This document shows, piece after piece, positions 38,577 to 51,208 of a stretch of 64,000 nucleotides of DNA (within the stretch, counting starts at the first letter, position 1; each line of letters begins with the position of its first letter). The position numbers were made by a program, and so were the translations under genes. Under the pieces are notes generated by a model. It made no database searches. It saw only the letters and a program-made list of their open reading frames with translations, and had not been told where the DNA came from. This stretch comes from Raja brachyura (taxonomy: Eukaryota), in assembly GCA_963514005.1 (NCBI GenBank), contig OY740802.1, positions 10,416,001 to 10,480,000 of the forward strand, read 5' to 3'.

Positions 38577-39540
38577 CCGTTCCTTCTCACCACAAAGATG
38601 CTGCTTGGCCCGCTGAGTTACTCCAGCATTTTGTGTCAATATTCATGGTTTTCTGGTTGGGCTCCTCCGTGATTAAAGCATCCTCTCTTCTCATTCATCT
38701 CTCTTTATTTATTCTCTCCAGCCACGATCAGCTGCAATTAATAAGCCTGCACCAGCATCTCCAGGCAGGTACCACCACCAACACTTATGTCATCTCAGTG
38801 CCTCTTGGTCTTCGGACATTCCCCTTGTACCCTTCCCTTTCTCTGCAATATGAACCATTTTAATTTCTAACTTTCCCCTGTTTCGAAGGAAGGCGACTGA
38901 CCCAACACATGAACCCTGTTTCTCTTCACAGATGCTGAATATTCCCAACAGTTTCTGTTGTTTTTTTCAGCATTACAGCATCTGCATTTTTGTTTTTGTT
39001 TGGCCAAGAAGCATCCACCTCTGTTTGGTGAGAAACATGGGTGTCGGTCTGAATGTGTAGGAAGGAACTGCAGATGCTAGCTTCAAACCGAAGATGGACA
39101 CAAAAAGCTGGAGTAACTCAGTCAGTCAGGCAGCAGGGTTACGCAAAAAGCTGGAGAAACTCAGCGGGTGCAGCAGCATCTAAGGAGCGAAGGAGATAGG
39201 CGACCCTTCTTCAGACTGGTCAAGGATCAGGGAAACGAGAGATATAGACAGTGAAGTGGAGAGATAAAGAACAATGAATGAAAGATATGCAAAAAAGTAT
39301 TGATGATAAAGGAAACAGGCCATTGTAGGCTGTTCAGTCAGGCAGCATCTCTGGAGAAAAGGATTAGGTGACGACCTGAAACGTCACCTGTGCCTTTTCT
39401 CCAGAGATGCTGTCTGACCCACTGAGTGACTCCCGTTTTTTGTGTCTATTCTTGGGTTGGACTGAATGTTGGACAGTGCAGATTAGACACACAACACTGC
39501 TCCCCAGTGAACCAGCCAAGAAGGATGGCACTTCCCAAAA

Positions 39541-39820
39541 TGGGCAGCAGGGTGGCGCAGCTGTAGAGTTGCTGCACCCCAGCGCTAGAGACCCGGTTCG
39601 ATCCTGCCCTCGGGTGCTGTCTGTGCGGAATTTGTACACTTTCCATGTGGCCGCGTGGGTTTTCTCTGGGTGCTCTGGTTTCCTCCCACATCCCAAACAC
39701 GTGCGGGTTTGTTGGAAAATTGGCTTCTGTAAATTGCACCTCGCAGGTGGGATAGTGAAATAACAAAGAACTAGTGTATGGGTGATTGATGGTCAGTGTG
39801 AACTTGGTGGATGCTATCTC

Positions 39821-39849
<29 letters not shown>
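39541..39849 (+). mobile_element. HE1-type SINE
   Basis: Full-length; (TAAAC)n tail 39821-39849. Confidence 0.85.
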
Positions 39850-39851
<2 letters not shown>

Positions 39852-41764
39852 AAATGGATAATTTATAACATTCATTTCTTAATTTGTTCATTTATAAAAG
39901 GAAGCAAACCCAAATATCACTTAAAACAAACACAAATTGGTGAAATAACTTAGCATGTCAGGCATCATATCTAGAGGACATAAATAGATGACATTTTTGT
40001 TCGGGACCCTTCTTCAGACTGATTGTAGTTGGGGGGGGGAGAAAGCTGGAAAAGAGGTGGGAGCGGGACAAAGACCGGCAAGTGATAGGCGGACGTAAAG
40101 GTCCCCACCCGAAACGCCACCTATTCATGTCCTACAAAGATGCTGCCTGAGCCGCTGAGGTACACCAGCATATCGTGGGTATTTTTTTTCCGTTGTAAAC
40201 CAGCATCAGCAGCTCCTCGTTTCTCCAAACACGCAACGTTATAATTTGATGGTTGAGATATAACTTGACCAAGAGTGATTTTAACCTTGAATGTCAGCAA
40301 ATTTCTCACAGAAAAGTCAGCAGTGTTTGAACTGCGTAGAGGAGGGAAACAATGGCGCTACCGTTAAAGGCGGTTGGATTCCTCATTACCAAAGTGATTG
40401 GGCGGTGATCCATGAAGTGACATTGACCAAGTGACTTTTCCAGCTATAATTATGCTGCGATCTTGTGAAAGATAATTGAGTGAGTGCACAATTTTATGTA
40501 ATTTTAATGGAGTAAGGCGCTTTAGAGGGTGCAACATGCCTCTTATGTTTATTTTTCCCGAAAAAACTACATTGCACATCTCTGCATTTTAGGTGATTTA
40601 TAAAGAATAACAAAATGAGTATCCGACTTAACCTTGACAAATTGGCTGTTATCATGAATAACATGGAATCCATTAAGAGGTCAATGTGATGTTCAGATAT
40701 CAAAGAGCTTATAGACAAATCATTGAAAGAAAACTGTGAGGTACAACAGAAACTAAGCACACGTTCCAATATTTGTTTAATCATACCATGGGTTTGTTAA
40801 AGACTTATCAAAATATTACTATTTCCACAGGGCAGAACTTTAGACTTTCGACACAAAATGCTGGAATAGGTGACGTTTCGGGTCGACTCAGAGGAGAGGG
40901 AACCGAGAGATCTGCAAAAAAGTACTTCGATCAAAGCCAGCAGCGAAGGAAAGGTGGAGCCCACAATGGTCCATTGTTGGCTGTGGGGAAGGTGATAACG
41001 AACAATACAAACAGTGAAACACAGCTGGACGACAGTGAAACTAGTGCGACGACTAGGGTGGGGGAGGAACGGAGAGAGGGGGGACGCAAGGGTTACTTGA
41101 AGTTATAGAAATCAATATTCATACTGCTGGGTTGTAAACCAGCATCTGCAGTTCCTTCCTACAGTCAGTGTTTCAGTCAGTGTGCACACTGCCGATAAAG
41201 CGGTGTAGGAATGTTGTGCCTTGCTGTTAGCTTTAAAAATACACCTTGAAAATACAATATCAATCAAATTTTACAGCGCACTAATTTTCATGCAGTGTAA
41301 TTACTATTGATGCCTGAACCGTGACTGTGTCATTTATTTGTCTAATGGAAACACTTCATTCACAAGGGTAAGAAACGAGCAGCCTTCCCTATCAAGTGTT
41401 TTGTGTGTGCTCAGCAAATCAAAATTGATTGAGTCATGTTACGGGTTAACTGTTAAGAGTTGTGATTGATATTTCAGGGCCGTATGAATGAATCCGTCAC
41501 AGTTTCATTCAGTGCTTGTTACTGTTAACTTAGAAGCAGAAATCCTGCAATATGTTAGCATCTTTATACATGGCAGAGCAACCTGCACCTGTCTCACACT
41601 TATTGATGAATTTAATAAAATGATTCCCACACGATGAACAAAGGGCAATAGCATGGAGCAGATTTGGGGATTATTTGGCAGGCTCTAACATAGGGTGGCA
41701 CGGTGGCGCAGCGGTAGAGTTGCTGCCTCACAGCGCCAGAGACCCGGGTTTGATCCTGACTTCT

Positions 41765-42394
41765 TTTTTTTTTTTTTTTGTTAACATTTTTTATTAGAAG
41801 TAAATACATATTGATACATATTAAGACAATTTAAAATGTGAAAGAAAAAGAAAAACAAAAGAATTTACTATTCATCACATACATTCTTAATATTTATAAA
41901 ATTTACAGTCATTCTTGTTTATACTTCTACATATTTTTTTAAATTATTTTTAATAAAGGGGGAAATTAATAGAAAGAAATAATAAGAGAAATTAAAATAA
42001 TAATAAAAATAGAAAATCAATAATGTGAGTGGAGTTTTAAACATTCTGTACTACGTTGGAGATATATCAGTGATCTATTATATATAATTCTTCATCCATT
42101 CCCCGTCCAGGTTTCAGTCAGGCCCTCGAACCGAGCCAGTTTGTCCCTTTAGATAATCAATAAATGGAGACCATGTTCCTCTAAACTGATCTAGCCTGTC
42201 CGAGAGGACAAGTCTTAATTTTTCCAAATGAAGTGTCTCCGACATTTCTGTAATCCACATTTTAATAGAGGGGTTGGTAGGACCTTTCCAAAATCTTAAT
42301 ATTAATTTTTTACCAATTATTAAATATAATCGATAAAAATTCATTGTTTTGTTGTTAGTGATTGATCAGTTTCTAATATACCTAATATAATTCC
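41765..42394 (-). mobile_element. L1/Tx1-clade LINE 3' end with poly(A) tail
   Basis: ORF 42344-42114 (WKGPTNPSIKMW..LEKLRL..WSPFIDYL) resembles fish L1 ORF2 C-terminus; T-run 41764-41779; candidate TSD GACTTCT; splits an HE1 SINE. Confidence 0.75.
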
Positions 42395-42662
42395 GACTTC
42401 TACAGGTGCTGTCTGTATGGTGTATGTACGTTCTCCCCCTGACCTGTGTGGGTTTATTCCAGGATCTCTGATTTCCTCCCACACTCCAGGTTTGTAGATT
42501 TATTGGCTGGATAAAATTGTAAATCATCCCTAGTGTATAGGATAGTGTTAGTGTGCAGGGATCGCTGGTCGTGGCAGGCTCGGTGGACGGAAGAGCTCTG
42601 TATCGCTAAACTATCCAAAATCTAAACTAAACGTTATATTATGTTCTGTTTTCAAGGTGTAT

Positions 42663-42806
42663 ACTTCTTCCTCTTGCATACGGCATGCACAGCCTTAAGT
42701 TGCAGGACAACTTGTTCTATTTAATCTTATTTGATTGTGCACACCGGGTTGATTATATTAGTCAAAAACAGGGCGGACCATGTGAAGCTTGTAATCTCTC
42801 ACCCCG
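42663..42806 (-). mobile_element. Short non-autonomous retroposon (Ingi/Vingi-like) with 5' HDV-like ribozyme
   Basis: Flanked by 8-bp TSD AGGTGTAT (42655-42662, 42807-42814). Minus-strand 3' tail AAGAGGAAGAAG. 5' end folds as an HDV-type double pseudoknot. Confidence 0.7.
42751..42805 (-). ncRNA. Degenerate minimal HDV-like self-cleaving ribozyme
   Basis: P1 GGGGUGA/CCGCCCU (G1-U wobble), P2 GAUUACA/UAUAAUC, P3 AGC/GGU with loop UUCACAU, J4/2 CUAA. One mismatch each in P1, P2 and P3. Confidence 0.6.
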
Positions 42807-42887
42807 AGGTGTATGAAGCTATCAATATTGAAATATTTGTTCCCAATCTAATATGTGTTCTCGTAAATTTGAGCCGCAAGTTAATGA

Positions 42888-43101
42888 CAAAGATAGACAC
42901 AAAAAGCTGTAGTAACTCAGCGGGCCAGGCAGCATCTCTGGAGAGAACGAGTGGGAGGCGTTTCAGTTCGAGACCCTTCTTTGAGCATGAAGAAACGTCA
43001 CCCATTCCTTCTCTCCAGAGATCCTGCCTGTCCTGCTGAGTTACTCCAGCTTTTTGTGTCTATCTTCGTTTTTAAACCAGCATCTGCAGCTCCTTCTTAC
43101 A
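42888..43101. mobile_element. Penelope-derived fold-back element
   Basis: Inverted arms; imperfect TSD caagtt.at.acaaa. Confidence 0.7.
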
Positions 43102-46100
43102 CAAGTTCATAACAAAATCAGCTTAACCTTATTGTGCAGACTTTGGGTAAATCTGGAATGGCTACACTAAAGGCACAGTGTTCTGTTTGCAGGGACAATA
43201 GATATGGGAGTCAGACATGAGGGTTAGTATTTCACATTGACACACCCAACCCCCCCCTGCACTCCCCCCCACCCACCCCCAATCCCCAACTACCTTTCTA
43301 AAATAGGCCAACCCTCATCACACTGAAGGGGGTGGGTCTGATCTCTCCATTGCTCAATATGCTGCCATTATCCTGAACCTGAATTGTTGCCTGGTCTTTC
43401 TCTCCAGAGATGCTGCCTGACCCACTGAGTTCTTCCAGCACTTTGTGCTTTGCTCAAGATTCCGGCATTCCTTGGTGCGCAGGAGGGTGAGAGGTGATCT
43501 TATGGAGGTGTGCAAAATAATGAGAGGAATAGACCAGGTAGACGCACAGAGTCTCTTGCCCAGAGTAGGGGAATAGAGAACCGGAGGTCAGACGTTTAAG
43601 GTGAGGGGAGAAAGATTTAATAGGAACCCGAGAGATAACATTCACGCAAAGAGTTTTGGGGGTTCTGGAACCAGCTGCCGGAGGATGTAGTTGAGGCGGG
43701 TACTATCACTACGTGTATGAAACATTTACACAGGTACATGGATAAGACATGTTTAGAGGGCTATGGGTCATATGCAAGCAGGTGGGACTAGTGTAGATGG
43801 GACATGTTGGTCGGTCTGAGCAAGTTGGGCCGAAGGGCCTGTTTCCACACTCGCTGACTCTACCCTTCATGACAAAGTGTGGTGGGACTGCAGAGCTTTG
43901 AACCAATCGGTTGTGAGTCCGTCCTGCTCCGTCTCATAAGGTCTTAGAGATAGGATCAGAATTAGGCCATTCGGCCCATCAAGTCTGCTCCACCATTCAA
44001 TCATGTCTAATTTATCTCTCCCTCCTAACCCCCTTCTCCTGCCTTCTCGCCACAACCCCTGACACCCATACTAATCAAGAATCTATCTATCTCTGCCTTA
44101 GAAAGAGGCATTGATGGCCTCCACGGCATTCTATGTCAACAAACTCCACAGATTCCCCACCCTCTGACTAAAGGAATTCCTCCTCATCTCCTTCCTAAAG
44201 GAACGCCCTTTAATTCTGAGGCTACAACCTGTCGGCCTAGACTCTCCCACTAGTGTACACATCCTCTCCACATCCACACTACCCAGGCTTTCACTGTTAC
44301 CTCCCAATGCCTGGCACATGTTGTTCACTGTGGACACCTCACTATGCTGCCGTTTCTTAACTTTATACATCTCTACCTGCCTCTATTCCTGGCACAGATC
44401 CTTTTATAGATCTACCTCTATTCCTGGCACAGCCTTCTACACTCCTCACTGCACTGGGCTGAGGCATGGAAAATCTTCAAGGATGAAGTAGACAGATTCT
44501 GAATCTATGGATACGTCAAGAAAGGGGAACAGCAGGAGAATGGAGCTGAGGCCAAGATCAAGTCAGATCTAACAGTATAGTGGAGCCGGCTGGAGGGGCA
44601 GAGTGGCCTTTCCTCGGTCTCTGCTATTATCTCAAATCATCGGCTAAGGTGCACTTCTCAGCTTAGTTAATTGAGATCAAATCAAACCATTGTCAAACTA
44701 CCCAACTGCAGGAATACTGAATCATTAGATAATATGTGAAAAATATATATGTCTCTGTTGTCCGACCCCTCAACTCCAATAACGTAGTCATGCTGAAAGA
44801 TAAATAAAAATAAGTTTAATATTGGTTTAATTAGGCAATTAGTTCTTAACTCAGTGTCATGTTGTTTCGTTCTCAGGCTACAGTGTAGAAGCCGCTGAGC
44901 TTTGAGAGGACGTGAAAAAGCTCTTCATGTGATGGTGCTCTGGACTGGGAGGCGAGATCTCTTATGTAATGCCTTCAAGAGATTGTTGAGAGAGTTTTTG
45001 AATCATCAAGCTGCATGAATGTTTTTTTTGCAGAAGCCAGACAAAAAGGCTGTCTTGCCTTCCAGCCTGCTCTGCAAACCGACTGCATCATGTTGGTGGA
45101 AGCTGGATACTTGCAATGTATCATCAAGTCTAGTCAACTTTATTTGTCACAAACACATACAAGATGCACAGTGAAACGAAAGTGGCAATGCTTGCGGGAT
45201 TGTGCACCACAACAGATCATCAGACGCCCGAGGAAGACGTGCCTTTGTTTAGTATAGTTTAGTTTAGAGATACAGCACTGAAACAGGCCTTTCGACCCAA
45301 CCGAGTCCGTGCCGACCAGCGATCCCCGTAGACTAGCACTAGCCTACACACTAGGGTCGATTTACAGTTTTACCGAACTGTCTCATCCCGAAACGTCACC
45401 TATTCCTTTTCTCCAGAGGTGCTGTCTGACTTGCTGAGCTACTCCAGCGTTTTGTGTCTATCTTCGGTTTAAACCAGCACCTGCAGTTCCTTCCGACACG
45501 TAACCTACAAACCTGTGCGTCTTTGGAGTGTGGGAGGAAACCGGTGCACCCGGAGAAAACCCACACAGGTCATGGTGACAATGTGCAAACTCCTTACAGG
45601 CAGCACCCGACGTCAGGCTCGAACCTAGGCCTCTGGCGCTGTAAGGCAGCGACTCTAACGCTGTGCCACAGTGCCACCCCTATATATTTTCTATATGTCT
45701 ACTGTGGAACTGCCCAACCAGATACAGCTTTTCCAAACTCTCCTGATACTCAAGCCCTATAATCCAGTGTATATCCCGAGGATTCTATATGGCACCCCTT
45801 CTAACTTAATCTTATTTGTTCTACTGTGTGGTGATAACGTACAAATTCCGTACAGACAGCACTCATGGTCAGCATCGAACCGGAGTCTCTGGCGCTGTAA
45901 GACGGCAACTCTATCACTGCGACTGATACAACAATGGGTTGGAAACAGAACAGCATATTCTATTTTTGTTTAGTTTATGGATAGAGCACGGAAACAGGCC
46001 CTTCGGCCCACCGGGTCGGCGCCTAGATTTACCAAGCCAATTAACCTACAAACCTGTGCGTCTTTGGAGTGTGGGAGGAAACCGAAGATCTCACAGAAAA

Positions 46101-47154
46101 TCCACGCAGGTCACGGGGAGAACGTACAAACTCCGTACAGACAGCGCCCGTAGTCGGGATTGAACCCGGGTCTCTGGCGCTGCATTCGCTGTAAGGCAGC
46201 AACTCTACCACTGAGCCACCGTGACCGCCCATGTCTCAGGTCACAGCGAACTAGAGAATGAAGCAGCACAGAAAGAGGCTTGTACTGTTGGCCAATTAGT
46301 CTGCCTCTTGGGTGGTTTTTCCAGAGATCTATAATTTCTTTCTTCTTGTATTTATCCATTTCTTTTCTGTTGAGGTTTCTCACTCGTTCATCCAACATTT
46401 TCCAGACACATTGCTGCCTGAACTACTGAATATTACCCTGAAGTTTTCACGTAGTATTTCTTTCTGTACCGTCTTGCGAAGTGGCTCTCCCCTATTCCAC
46501 CTTTGCACCCCAAAATCAATTACCCCATTCAACCGCGAGTTGTGAAATAACCTTAAACTCATGAGGTTACGCCCTGATGTGTTTAAAAAAAAATAAAATC
46601 CAGTTTTCATCACCTTTAAAAAGATGAGGAGGAATTTCTTTTGTCAGAGAGTGGTGAATCTGTGGAATTCAGTGCTACAGACGGCTGTGGAGGCCAAGTC
46701 ATTGAGTACTTTTAAGGCGCAGATTGACAGATTCTTGATTAGTACGGGTGTCAGGGGTTATGGGCAGAAGCCGGGAGAATGGGGTTGTGGGGGAAGATAG
46801 GTCAGCCATGGTGGAATAGACTTGATGGGCCGAATGGCCTAATTCTGCTGCTATAAGGTCTGATGACATGAACCTATCTGGTGACGCTTAGCTGTGGAAA
46901 TGGGGACTTCTCCGTTACCTGGTGAAAGATTTAACTATGAGCACCATCATGGGCAACAACAGTCATGTTGAATTATTGCCAGCAGAGAACGAAATAGGAT
47001 TTTGTCGAAAACCAGAGGTTTCACAACTCCTTATTTACACTGATTATTTTTCCCTGTTATCTTTCGTTGAGTGTTAGCAGCCTCGCCAAGAGGTGGTTCC
47101 ATCACCCACACTGGATGGATACCATCTAGTGTTTACCTGGACTGAACATTGGAC

Positions 47155-47650
47155 CAGTACTGTGAGCAATTTTGGCCACCATATCTGAGGAAGGGATGTG
47201 CTGGCTCTGGAGAGGGTCCAGAGGAGGTTTACAAGAATGATTCCAGGAATGAGCGGGTTAGCCTATGATGAGCGTTTGCCATCTCTGGGTCTGTATTCGC
47301 TGGAGATAGTGAAAGGCTTGGATAGAGTGGATGTGGAGAGGATGTTTCCGCTAGTGGGAGAGTCTAGGACTAGAGGTCATGGCCTCAGAATTAAAGGATG
47401 GAAGGAGATGAGGAAACATTTCTTTAGTCAGAGGGTGATGAATCTGTGGAATTCATTGCCACAGAAGGCTGTGGAGGCCAAAATTGATATTGTGAAGGCA
47501 GAGATAGACAGATTCCTGGTTAGTACATGTGTCAGGTTACTGGGAAAGGCAGGAAAATGAGGTTCAGAGGGAGAGATAGATCAGCCATGATTGGCTGGCG
47601 GAGTAGACTTGATGGGCTGAATGGCCTAATTCTCCTCCTATCACTTATGA
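47155..47650 (+). mobile_element. CR1 LINE 3' fragment
   Basis: LERVQRRFTRMIPGMSGLAYDERL..LGLYSLE..SRTRGH..FFSQRVMNLWNSLP. Confidence 0.85.
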
Positions 47651-48205
47651 ACTATTGAAAAATACCCAATAACTTGCCGTCCACAGCCATCTGTGGAGTA
47701 TGTGGTTGTTTGGATCATGAAATCCAGGAACAACCTGAGTGCGTGCACTGTGCAGTCTTCAGTAATGGTTTGTACCTTCAATGGGGGTGAAAGGTACTGC
47801 AGCAATTTTATTCAATACATTCAAACCTCTGACTCATCATTTCTTCGTATTCGGTATCTCAATGCCAACTTTTTGAAATGATTCATCCATTTCATGATCC
47901 TTTGGAAAACACCATCCCTTTCAGGCCATCGCAGCCCATTTACTTGGCCGCTGCTTCTAAAGAAAATCCTTCCCGCTGTGGAACAAAGAACATCAGGCAC
48001 TGGCGATCGGCAGGCAGAGAACTGCGGATGGCGTAAACGTGGTGTTTGATCAGAAAGTGCAGGAAACACCAACGTGGGTTCTGTGGAGAGAATTTTTAAG
48101 TTTTTAACCTCAGAGATGGGTAGCCCCGAGGTGAAATTTCTAAAATTCACAAAACCCAACCCGTATCAAGTTCCATCCCAAGGAATTACGATACAAAATG
48201 ACACA

Positions 48206-48612
48206 ACATGATCTTAGGCCCCCTTCGGTCATGGCTGACCATGGGTGTCTCCAGGGTGCTATTCCCTACATGGAGGACGGCTGTGCGTGACTTTGTTTAT
48301 CGTGGGGAGACTGGTGCACAGACAGCCACCCCACGGTCCTTGACAGGTCTGGGTCGGGATCCAGTGGCATGGAGTCCAAGACGACCGGAGACCCTTTCCT
48401 GCTGCAGCCTTTATCCGCCTTCCCAGCCGTTGTGACGCTCCACTAAGGTCAGCCATCGTCCTCCGCCTGTTCCACCGTTGAGGTCTTGGTTGGATTGCTC
48501 TTTGTCAGAGATCTCTCCCTCGACCTTACCGCCATGGGTGGCCCTACCAGGAGCATAGCTCCAGACAGCATCGCTCTCAGGATCTCAGGACCACACAAGC
48601 TTCACCGCCACG
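48206..48612 (-). mobile_element. Bipartite non-autonomous RTE-derived element
   Basis: Minus strand gagcgatgctgtctggagctatgctcctggtagggccacccatggcggtaagg resembles RTE/Expander 5'UTR; ends in RTE-like ccatggtcagccatgaccgaagggg. Confidence 0.6.
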
Positions 48613-50883
48613 ATATGATAGATCCTTATTCACCCCCAATTGATCAATTGAAGCAGGTCGTGTGAGAGATGACGAAGAGATCCGCTGGACAAGTCTCCGG
48701 ATAGCTGGGTGAGGACAGTTTCTGACAGAGTAGACATCGCCTTTCATATCAATCCATGAGGAGCCAGAGTCTTGCCTTACACACTCTGGGAACTACTGCC
48801 CTTACAGTTGACTCCAACGTCTGGGATTGGGATAAGTACCTTCATTAGGGGTACGACACGCCCCAGAGTTGGTTTTTGAATCCCAACGTTGTTCTCGCGG
48901 CAGATGCAAAAAGCTGGAGTAACTCAGCGAGTCAAGCGGCATCTCTGGAGAAAAGGAAAAGTGATGTTTCGGGACGAGACTCTGCTTCAGACTGAGAGTC
49001 AGGGGACAGGGGAATGAGAAATATAGACAGTACTTCGGAGAAATGAATGGAAGATATGCAAAAAGCAATGATAGTCAAGGAAATACGGGGCACATAATGG
49101 GCCATTGTTGGCCGTGGGCTCGGTAACAACGAGTATGCAGACATGGGAACCCAACAGGACGGCAGTGTAACTAGAACAATGATGTAGGTGGGGGCGCCAC
49201 AGCTCCAGGCTTTCTAACCTCTGGCTGCATACTGCACTAGTATAAAGAAGACATTGTCTTCAATGGGAAACCAAGTCTGTCTGCTTCCAGATATAGAACT
49301 GATCAAAGTTATACATGACACAAAAACGGCACAGAATGTGGGAAGCCGAGGCTCCTGAGTGTCATGTCAGATACGCTATTCCACCCACTCCCCACTCCCA
49401 CAAACAGTTCAGCTGTTTCAATATGATGACTATTCATTTAGTTTTCCTTTCGTGAGATGTTGGTGGTTGATTCATGGGGCAGTTTCCGTAACTCAAGCGC
49501 CAAACAATGAAGAAGGCTGCAGAAAGTGGCGGACATTTCCTGGTCATCATGGATATTAATGTCCCCCACCGTGGAAGGGAATACAAGGAGCACTGTCTCA
49601 ACAAGGCGACTAATGCAGGTCCACCACCTTGATTTTCCAGCATCCTTGGTTTCAGTGCGTTTCTGGTTTATCCATTTTTCTGGACCAACAGAGGTCACGG
49701 CCTCTCCTCAGTCAGGAATTTCTTTAGTCAGAGGGTGGTGCGTCTGTGGAATTAATTGACGCAGGTGGCTGTGTATGCCAAACCAATGGATATTTTTAAG
49801 GTGAGATTGACAGATTCTTGATTTGTTCACAAGTTCTAGCTGAATTAGGCTCATCCAGTCTACCCTGCTATTCAATCACGGCCGATCTATCTTTCCCTCC
49901 CAACCCCATTCTCCTGCCTTCTCCCCATAACCCCTTGACAGCCAGTACCTAATCAATCTCCACCTTAATAGCTGAAGAAGGGTCTCGACCAGAAACGGCA
50001 CCCATTCCTTCTCTTCAAAGATGCTGCCTGACCCACTGAGTTCCTCCAGCATTTTGTGTCTATCTTCGACTTAGCACAGGTGTCAGGGTTTATGCGGAGA
50101 AGGCAGGAGAATGGGGTTGAGAGGGAAAGATAGAACAGCCATGATTGAATGGCGGTGAAGACTTGACGGGCCAAATGGCCTAATTCTGCTCCTGGAACTT
50201 ATGAACCTATGGTCAGAGAAACAGCAATTGCTGGAGCCCAGGTCAGAAGTGGAAAAGTGAAAGGGCAAGTGCGCTTGAAGTTGCAGCGAGGGGAAAACGC
50301 TGACAGGAACAAATAGAAAGTCTGGAGTCCAGAGTTGTTCTCGTTACACAATTGCATTTGAAGCCACCAGAGTAATGGATGTGAATACTTGTTAATCATT
50401 GCTGATCTCTCAGAATGAGTGTAAATAGAGAAAGATGAATTAGGGCAGTTAGAGAAGAAAAAAACAAAAGCAGTTACTGGAAATATGAAAAAGAATACTA
50501 ACGCTGCTCAGATGATTCAGTTGCATCTGTTTTATTCAACAGTTAATAAGAAGACAATATGAAGGTTTAGCGGCACGGTATTTTGCAGTGTCATGCAATC
50601 TCTCCCACTTTGATGTTTCCAAAATTAAGTCAAAGAACACTGACAATATCTTGGGCGGCACAGTGGCGCAGCGGTAGAGTTCCTGCCTCACAGAAGTAGA
50701 GATGTGGGTTTGATCTTCAGTACGGCTGCTGTCTGCACGGAGTTTGTATTTTCTCCCCGTGACCTGCGTGGGATTTCTCCGGGAGCTTCGGTCTCCCCCC
50801 ACACTCCAGAAACGTGCAGGGTTGTAGGTTAATTGGCTTGGTATAATTGTAAATTGTCCCTAGTGTGTGTAGGATAGTGTAAT

Positions 50884-51208
50884 AGCCCTGTCCCACGGTA
50901 CGAGTTCATTCCAAGAGCTCTCCCGAGTTTAAAAACAATCAAACTCGTGGTAAGCACGGTGAATGAACGTAGCGGGTACGTCGGAGCTCGGGGACGTCTC
51001 TTAGCTGCTCGTAATGCTAACGGCAGGTACTCGGGAAGACTCGCTAGCGGCAGGTAAGCTCGGGAAGCCTCGTGAAGATTTTGAAACATGTTGAAAAACG
51101 TCCACGAGAGCCCCGAGTACCGATGAGTGGCCATTACCGTAAATCTCCGAGTTCGAATCAGGGCAAACTCGGGGAGAGCTCTTGGAATGAACTCGTACCG
51201 TGGGACAG
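50884..51208. mobile_element. PIF/Harbinger-like MITE (right terminus clipped)
   Basis: ~43-bp near-perfect TIR CTGTCCCACGGTACGAGTTCATTCCAAGAGCTCTCCCGAGTTT; inserted in the tail of an HE1 SINE. Confidence 0.8.

Noticed and set aside
46380-46613. Candidate minus-strand exon GRNLMSLRLFHNSR..
   Set aside because: No homology recognised, and the phase is incompatible with the nearest upstream donor (46918).
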